Origin: Macrostomum lignano
Taxonomy: Eukaryota
Length of the DNA: 64,000 bases
Reading direction: 5' to 3'
Assembly (NCBI GenBank): GCA_002269645.1
Contig: NIVC01000140.1
Span: forward strand, 310,001 to 374,000
The number at the start of each line of letters is the position of its first letter. Within the stretch, counting starts at the first letter, position 1. The notes below the pieces were generated by a model. That model was not told the origin of the DNA, did not search any database, and was given only the letters and a program-made list of their open reading frames with translations. Below are positions 55,834 to 64,000 of the stretch, piece by piece. A program made the translations under genes and the position numbers.

Positions 55834-58078
55834 TTATTTCCGTTTGCCCAGAGTCTTGGACTTCATAAGCGACTTCATCTTCTGATTGGCCCGACCGCTG
55901 GCAGCTGCCTTCTTGTACTTGCGGCTCTTGCTGTCCCGCGCGTTCTGCCGCCTCGACTTGCCACCCTCGGTAGACACTTTGCCCGCCGTCTTCTTCTTCT
56001 GCGGCCGCCTCCGCCCGTCGACCGCGTTGGCAGCGTCGCCGGACTGCTCCCGCTGCTGCTGCAGCCGGTTGACGGCCCGCTCCGTGTTGAGCGGATCGGT
56101 TCGGCGGGCCGCCAGCTCCTTCAGCACCTGCTCCTGAATGCCCCGCTCTGCTGTCAGCGAGCCCGTGTTGGGCAGGAAATGCCGCCGCCTGCCCTGCAGG
56201 TGACCGACCTGCGGGATGAGGGCAACGATAGGTGAGATGTTTGGTTGCAGCGGGATGGGATTATTGGTTGCAGCGGGATGGGATCATTGGTTGCAGCGGG
56301 ATGGGATCATTGGTTGCAGCGGGATGGGATCATTGGTTGCAGCGGGATGGGATCATTGGTTGCAGCGGGATGGAATCATTAATTGCAGTGGGATGGGATT
56401 ATTGATTGCAGCGGGATGGGATTATTGGTTACAACTGGATGGGATTATTGATTGCAGCGGGATGGGATTATTGATTGCAGCGGGATGGGATTATTGGTTA
56501 CAACTGGATGGGATTATTGATTGCAGCGGGATGGGTTGCAGTTGGATGGGATTATTGGTTGCAGCTGGATGGGATTATTGATTGCAGCGGGATGGGATTA
56601 TTGGTTACAACTGGATGGGATTATTGGTTGCAGCTGGATGGGATTATTGATTGCAGCGGGATGGGATTATTGATTGCAGCGGGATGGGATCATTGGTTAC
56701 AGCGGGATGGGATTATTGGTTACAACTGGATGGGATTATTGGTTACAACTGGATGGGATTATTGGTTACAACTGGATGAAATTATTGGTTGCAGCTGGAT
56801 GGGATTATTGATTGCAGCGGGATGGGATTATTGATTGCAGCGGGATGGGATCATTGGTTGCAGTTGGATGGGATTATTGGTTGCAGCGGGATGGGATCAT
56901 TGGTTGCAGTTGGATGGGATTATTGGTTGCAGTTGGATGGGATTATTGGTTGCAGCGGGATGGGATCATTGGTTGCAGTTGGATGGGATTATTGGTTGCA
57001 GCGGGATGGGATTATTGGTTGCAGTTGGATGGGATCATTGGTTGCAGCGGGATGGGATCATTGGTTGCAGTTGGATGGGATTATTGGTTGCAGCGGGATG
57101 GGATCATTGGTTGCAGTTGGATGGGATTATTGGTTGCAGCGGGATGGGATTATTGGTTGCAGTTGGATGGGATCATTGGTTGCAGCGGGATGGGATCATT
57201 GGTTGCAGTTGGATGGGATTATTGGTTACAGCGGGATGGGATTATTGGTTGCAACTGGATGGGATTATTGGTTGCAGCGGGATGGGATCATTGGTTGCAA
57301 CTGGATGGGATTATTGGTGCAAGTTAAAGTGCTAATAGTACGTCAACTGTGCTGAGAAAGCACTGCTCATGGCTATCAATTACTTGCTATTTGAATGCGC
57401 TAAACGAACCTTTTCCCCGCCCACTTTGGCCGAGAACTGTCCGACTGAGGCGTCAGACCGTTTGGCCACCACCAGGGCCCGCTTAAGCTCCTTGCTGGAG
57501 CTGGTGGCGCCGCCGCCGCCGGCGCTGAGGGCGGGCAGGGTGCCGCCGAGGCGCATGTTCCGGCTGATGTTCTTCAGTCGCTGCAGCTCGTTTTTGGCCA
57601 CGCGCTCTTTCTTCTCCTTTTTCAGCCGGCCGAACTGGTCCTCGTTAGGGTCGGCCGAGGCCGGCACCTCCAGCAGCCACTCCTTGCTGGGGTCGGCCCG
57701 CCCGTAGCCCCAGCGGGGCCGCCACTCGCCAGTGGCCTCGTCCCATACCGCCTGCTCCTTCTTGTTTCTGCGGATGCTCTTGAGGCGGGCGAACTCCTCC
57801 CAGCGGCTCGGCGGCTTCGGCTTCGGCGGCGGCTTCTCCCGCGGCAACGGCGTGCTGGGCGGCGGCAGGGGCGCCACCACCGCGTCCTCCACGCGCTCCG
57901 CGGGCAGCCGCTGCCAGATCTCCGACAGCAGCGACTGTGCATTCTCGCGGGCCACCGCGGCCAGGTAGGGCTCGAGTTCGGGACCTCGCGTGGAGGCCGG
58001 ATCCAGTGGGTTCGGGTTGTTGATGAGCAGCAAGCCGAGGTCGAAGGTGGGCGGCACGCTGGTTGCCAAAACAGACAT
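55834..58078 (-). CDS. RRS1: Ribosome biogenesis regulatory protein RRS1 homolog, 2 exons, ~347 aa
   Basis: Exons 58078-57410 and 56208-55834 (phase 0). Motifs FDLGLL, ARENAQSLLSEIWQ, LPREKPPPKPKPPSRWEEFARLKSI, VWDEATGEWRPRWGY, KKERVAKNELQRLKNI, SDASVGQF and a basic C-tail. The real start is ATG 58078, not the TTG in the ORF track. Confidence 0.95.
56240..57320. repeat. Minisatellite, 23-nt unit GGTTGCAGCGGGATGGGATTATT (RRS1 intron)
   Basis: Direct tandem repeat filling nearly the whole intron. Confidence 0.95.
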
Positions 58079-58499
58079 GGCGTGCAGCAAGTGGCGGCGA
58101 GTCTGCTGACTTATTGCTGCCAACAGTAAAAATCAACTTTAAGCATGCTAACAGCGAGCCAATACTAATGCCATCTGTTCGCCTTATCCAAGTGCCTCAT
58201 GCTAAAAAACTTTTTGACCTTCTGTTTGATAACAAATAAAATGGCTTTATTTCAATGCTTATCACAGCGTATACAAGCTCTGTATCTATATTTTATTAGG
58301 TATAAACATGTCACATTTTCATGAAAACTATCACACTAGTTTAAGATAAAATCAAGTTGCGCATGGATTAGCATTATTTATATTAGCTTTATTTTATTTT
58401 ATAGTTTTTATAATAATATATAGAGCCTATAGAAATCTATGGGAAAAGCTTTAGATTACCATAGCTTTATAAAGCTAGGCTAAGATTATACATCAACTC

Positions 58500-58858
58500 T
58501 GGGGGCCGTAGCCCAGCGGTAGCGCAGCTGCTCTGGTGTGCCAGCAATCCAGGCTCGATTCCAAGTGCAGTCACATTAATTTGGGGCTGAATTGGAATCT
58601 CGGCTTGGCTCTGCTCATGCAATTAACGGCCTTGAGAGCCAACCCCCCCCCCCAAGGTGCAGTGAAGTGTACATGCCTAAGGATAAAATAAAGTTAGGGC
58701 CACTGTACACTCCTGTGTGAGTGTGTGCCTGCGTACGTATCTGCGCACTTGTACGCCTGCTCAGGGGAGTGGGCAGAATGGGCAGTAATGCCTCTCGCCA
58801 GTTGTGTGCCTATTAAAGTATGCCAGGGTGTACACAACCCCCCTGTCTCTAATAAAAA
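58500..58858 (+). mobile_element. tRNA-derived SINE (~360 bp) with target-site duplication
   Basis: 5' tRNA-like head GGGGGCCGTAGCCCAGCGGTAGCGC...GGCTCGATTCC (A box TAGCCCAGCGG, B box GGCTCGATTCC); A-rich end TAATAAAAA; 12-bp TSD ATACATCAACTC at 58488-58499 and 58859-58870. Confidence 0.85.
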
Positions 58859-60247
58859 ATACATCAACTCCTATAGCCATAGCCATGAGATCAATTGTTT
58901 CTAGAAGCATATTCATAAATATTGCATATATTTACTTTGTTATAATTACCATAACATTCTAAATAGGTTGTATAGCTACAATCATATTATCATATTATTT
59001 AGAATATATGCTTACTATGTTAATAATGATAAACCATTGCCTTACTCTAGTTTCTTTTATATTAATTTTGGAGATAGGAAAATATAACATTTTCAAGATT
59101 TTTGGGACTTGAGATCTTATATATTTAAGATAATTGAGATTCAATTGAGAATCAAGATTATGTCTAATTAATATCTAGTAGACCACATGTATTTACACTA
59201 TTGTATCTATCAATGCTATTGTACAATAACATAATAGAAGGAAAAACAATGATTGTTTAATATTGAGCTTATAAAATAACTTGATACATATCAATTGTAA
59301 GTATAATAATAGTTCTAATATTGATCTTAGGTAATAAAATCAAGTAATAAATTATTAAATAATAGATAAAAAATAGACACAAATCTCCTTTTTTCTTGAG
59401 ATCTTGAAAGTAAGATAGATTGAGAAAAATTCCAAGATTTTGATGATCTAGATTAAGATTAAAATCTTATCTAGACTAGATAGTATATATACTAGAAAAT
59501 TCTAGTATACAGAGGAACCTGGAGTACACCATTGGCATATAGAAAGGCCTGGCATGCTCTCTTAGCATATAGCTTGATATATAGAAACTGCCAAGATAGT
59601 AAGTGGGACTAAGTTTCAAGTCCCAACAAATTTACACATCATTTAGTATACAAAAACCAAGTTTAAGTTTAGTGTAGTCTCCACATGCATGTAGTTAGAG
59701 TAGCTAAATTTTTATCAAGAATATCAAAAAATTAATGGAAAAAAAATTTAAAAACTGTATATTCCACTTTTTGAAAAAGTTAAAAGTAAAACAAAAATAA
59801 TTAAAGCATATCAGTTTTTAGTTCAAAAGAATATCAACCAGTTTTTATTTAGCTATTTTTGCAAAAAAAACATAAGCTTAGTTAAAATATAGTTTGTCAT
59901 TTCTCATTTTTGTCTTGGCACATTTTGTATGCAATATAAATCTGTTATATATATTGGCATATAGGAGCTAAGGAAACAAATTTTATTCTGCCATACACTA
60001 GTATAGGATCCTGACACTAGGACTAATCTCTAATGAATTATAGTGTACAAATAGTAAATAATATAAAATATGATACTAACTTACTAAGCTAGAAGTTTTT
60101 AATTTTATGATTGATATTTCTATCGTATTGTATATTGGTTACTTGACTACTTTTAAACATTATACAATAGAAATAACTAGCAAATTTTATAAGTTGTCAA
60201 TATATGATAAATCAAACTTGTCTTTTAGGTCAAGATACTAGGATAAT

Positions 60248-61206
60248 ATGTGAGGGTTTCCTGACAGATATTCAGACAGATATTCAAAACGATCATCTAC
60301 TACTTTTAACAAAATGGACCAAACGGAACCATATTTTTGGCAGATGTTTACGCATGTGTTTGCAATCAAATGAGCCCAAATGTGTTTTATAAAATAAAAA
60401 ACTTTACAAAGTGCATTGTTTTAAAGATTGCTTAGCAACACCATGATTCAGCATCTCTTCAATGTTTTCTGAAAATGATTCACTTTTTACATCCCATAAA
60501 TGGGCGACGCCTGAGGTGTCATTTTAAAGCTGGGACGTGCGTAAAAGAGCGAGTTAAGTTTTATGTTTTGTAAGCAAAAAATGGTGTCACAATTTCTTGG
60601 CGTATATTTCGACATAAAACGTCAAGCGTTATTGACTCAAAAGCAAAGCACACTTTAGAGTCGAATATCTCAGGAAATACTGTTTCTTTTTCAGCTTCAA
60701 TGGTGTCATTCTAAAGCTGGGATGTGCGTAAGAATGGAACTATAAATTCATTTAATTTGAGAGCGAAATGGAGTTCTAACATCAGCAAATATGTGCTGTT
60801 TCTTGACTTGCCTTCAAAAAAGCAAATCGCCAAGCACACTTTAAAAGAAAATAATTCAAGAAGTAAAGTATTTTATTAGACGCGTGATGCGGCATTTTAC
60901 AGCTGAAACATGCGTAAGAGTTAGTCCATTGTCTTTTTAGGATACGGGGCACATTTATGGGATGTAAAAATTGAATCATTTTCAGAAAACGTTGAAGAGA
61001 TGCTGAATCATGGTGTTGCCAAGCAATCTTTGAAACAATGCACTCTGTAAAGTTTTTTATTTTATAAAACACATTTGGGCTCATTTGATTGCAAACACAT
61101 GCGTAAACATCTGCCAAAAATATGGTTCCGTTTGGTCCATTTTGTTAAAAGTAGTAGATGATCATTTTGAATATCTGTCTGAATATCTGTCGGGAAACCC
61201 TCACAT
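60248..61206. mobile_element. Mutator-like (MULE) MITE, ~255-bp TIRs, 9-bp TSD
   Basis: 60248-60502 is the reverse complement of ~60952-61206 (termini ATGTGAGGGTTTCC / GGAAACCCTCACAT); TSD TAGGATAAT at 60239-60247 and 61207-61215. Confidence 0.92.
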
Positions 61207-64000
61207 TAGGATAATTTCATAGTCTAGATAGATCATGCCTCATGCTAGGTATATGCCCAAACAAAAATTGAATAATTACAAATGCACATTGAAAAAAATT
61301 AAGTACATGCCTATTCTCAAAACTGTGTTGTGATAATGAATCACTTTTTTATATTGTGACAATAAATAACATCTTTTAAATTGCATAATAGATGCATTTT
61401 AGCAAAAAATTGGTTGATTTGTATGCTTTTTTGTGATACTATTTATAGTAGAAAATTAATACTTGCAAAGATTTGTTTAAATGCTTTTTTATGGGCTTAA
61501 AAACACAGAAAGCTTGAAATTTATGCTTAAAATGAACTTTTTTTCATCTTTTTTCTATTTCACAATAACTCTTCTATGTGATTCTATAAAGTGCATACTA
61601 GGTATGCATATATACTATTTTTTAGGAGTGATGCATGCCAACTATTACTTTTGGCATGCAAGACCAATGCATGTCCAAATTTTTGGGCATATACTACATG
61701 ATCCAGAGTATAAGGATAATTATATAGGGAATAAGCTTTAGGCAATTCTAGTTTGAATTTTTGTTTGAATCTGAATTTCCAAACTTTAAAATTAATAATA
61801 TTTATATACCTTATAGCTGCTTTCTAGGAGGAGATACACATTAAACTTGGTTAGTTGACTGGTCTATTCAGCTTTATATATTTAAAGATAAGTCTCTACT
61901 CTACTTTAGTCTACTACTAAGAGGTTACGATCATTTTAACAAAAAGTAATTTCAGGGAAAGTAATTTCAGCAAAATTCATTTTAGCAAAAAATTTAACCA
62001 TATTTAGAAGGTGCTATATAGTTATAGGGTATTACCTCTTTGTTTATCAGTTGTTAATTGTAGTTTTTTGAATATTTAAAAATGTATACTTATGGGCAAA
62101 AGAACTTCACTTTGATTCATAAAAAATGTTTAGTGTAACACTAAATGAACAGTTTAATGTAGGTAAAAATGGAGAACCTTGAAAATTAGACATGTTTCAA
62201 GTAAGCCATAGTAACTTGTCTTTGACTTGATAAGTACAACATAAAAGTACAAAACTGTATAAGTACAAAGTTAAAACTACACAAAATAAGCTAGACCATC
62301 TAAGCTAAAAGTTAAACTAAAATTTTGACTACTCCTAATACAAGTCTTCACCCTTCACTTTACCTGATGCTACACTTTAGATGATACCATTGCTGGCATT
62401 TGTCACATTAAAGTGCTAATTGACATGCAGTTATTGCTTTGTTTTGGCTGTTTTGGAATTCTCAAGCTAATTGTACATGTGTACACTAAGTGATGTCTAT
62501 TTTTAGTAACACTCTCAAGGTTAGCCATTAGCCACACATTGGCTAAGTGGTAAGTGAAATTGGCACAGAAGATAGAATTATACCTTGCTAAATGATTCAG
62601 AAGACAGCAAGTTTTAAGAGTGCAATGCAAACATATCAACCGATTGCGCACCATAGCAATCAATTGTTACTTATTTTGCTTCAAATTTTATGCACTTGTT
62701 GCACACACTTGTTGTATACAATATTACTGAAAAATTCCTCAAATTAACAATGTTTGAATTTTATATCACTAGAAAAACATTTGTTTCATAACAAACTTAA
62801 CTTGCACCATTTTACATGTATTAGTAAGTTTTTTGTTGAAATTACTTTTTTTAAATAGGCCTCTTGCCAAAATGACTTTTAGCCAAAATGATTGGCTAAT
62901 GATTGGCCAAAATGATTGGCAATGATTGGTACCCCTACACCCACTGAGTTCTGGCAGAAGCTACTAGTACTAAGGGCCAATGCTGATCCCTGAACACAGG
63001 AACACTTAATAGATATCTAAAACAAAAAGATAAGAATCGAAACAACAATCTGAACTGATGTATGTCTGTATGATAGTCAGAATGATTGATAGCAACAAAG
63101 AATTGTTAGGTTTTTTTACAATAGGCTACATCATAGATCTCTTAGGGTTCGGCCACTGCGGCGCGTCTAGGGTGTCTAGCTAGGGAGTAAGTCAGTGGCA
63201 ACAGTGCGAGAGGCAGATTTAGAAATACAAAATGGGGGGCGAGCTTTAACCATCAGGCATCAGATCAGTGGGGGCGCCATAATATACATACACTGGGCGA
63301 TCCTGAAGATTCCCGCGTTTAATTATTTTACGGAATTATTTCGCCCTCTATTCAAGGGTGGTGGGGGGGTGGGGGTTATAATTAAACGCGGGAAACTAAG
63401 AAATCGCCATACACTGCACTTGACTTAGAAGGGAGCCATAATACACTCGAGGGGCACCATACTGAGCACACTGAGTGCGGTGGGGACCTTTTTTAGGGCA
63501 AAGGAAAAAGGGCGCCATCATCGCTAGACACAAGAGACACAGGATAATCCGCCACTGAACAGTCACACACACACAGTGCTACTAAACTACGACAACTGAA
63601 TGAACGCGTACGTCTTACACTGAGTTCATGAATTCGTCGAAAATTTCAACACTTTAAAACCTTCTGTCCATTCAAACAAAATCTATATATTGCGGTAGAG
63701 ATTCCGCAAGTTTTTAATTCAACTTTTAATTATACGTTAAAAAGTAGGAACTGTGCTTTAGCAGAACAAAATTGGATCATCAAAAAAGCAATCCAATAAT
63801 TTTTGCAACCGCGAACATCGATTGCCTGATTATCTTATTGTACGAGCGTAAGTTGAAAATTTGTTGTGCATGATACCGTAAGCGCAGTGCTTCTGTAGCA
63901 AAGGACGCGCAGCACTAGTTATTTTAATAAATACACGGACTATTTACATGTAAATATTTATATAGTTTAGTTTTCTCTGTCCCTAGAGGATATTCTGTTT

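Noticed and set aside
58501-58575. Functional tRNA gene
   Set aside because: Acceptor and anticodon stems pair poorly, the B box is mutated, and the unit is bounded by a TSD with a long body, which fits a SINE.

Overview
Eukaryotic (animal) genomic DNA. GC-rich exons, GT-AG introns packed with distinct minisatellites and AT-rich intergenic DNA suggest the flatworm Macrostomum lignano or a relative (inference from genome style only). Genes reconstructed by hand with phase-consistent splice sites: the 5' end of a DEG/ENaC channel (-), GRIPAP1-like (-), two tandem secreted PAN/apple + LamG/ConA-like lectin genes (+), an orphan acidic-repeat protein (-), a 13-exon divergent ionotropic glutamate receptor (+), SPAG16/PF20 (+, 5' end unresolved), VAC14 (-) and RRS1 (-). 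Mobile DNA: a Crypton-type tyrosine-recombinase element with one frameshift and hairpin-rich flanks, a degenerate THAP remnant interrupted by a hAT MITE (8-bp TSD), two long-TIR Mutator-like MITEs and a tRNA-derived SINE with TSD. Best leads: the Crypton, a ~2.2-kb intronic array of Pol III B-box motifs, a tandem array of a splice donor, the lectin pair with mosaic identity, the iGluR with His at the Q/R site and an altered gate motif, and a possible RRS1-VAC14 trans-spliced operon. Most long ORFs in the supplied track are artefacts of tandem repeats.
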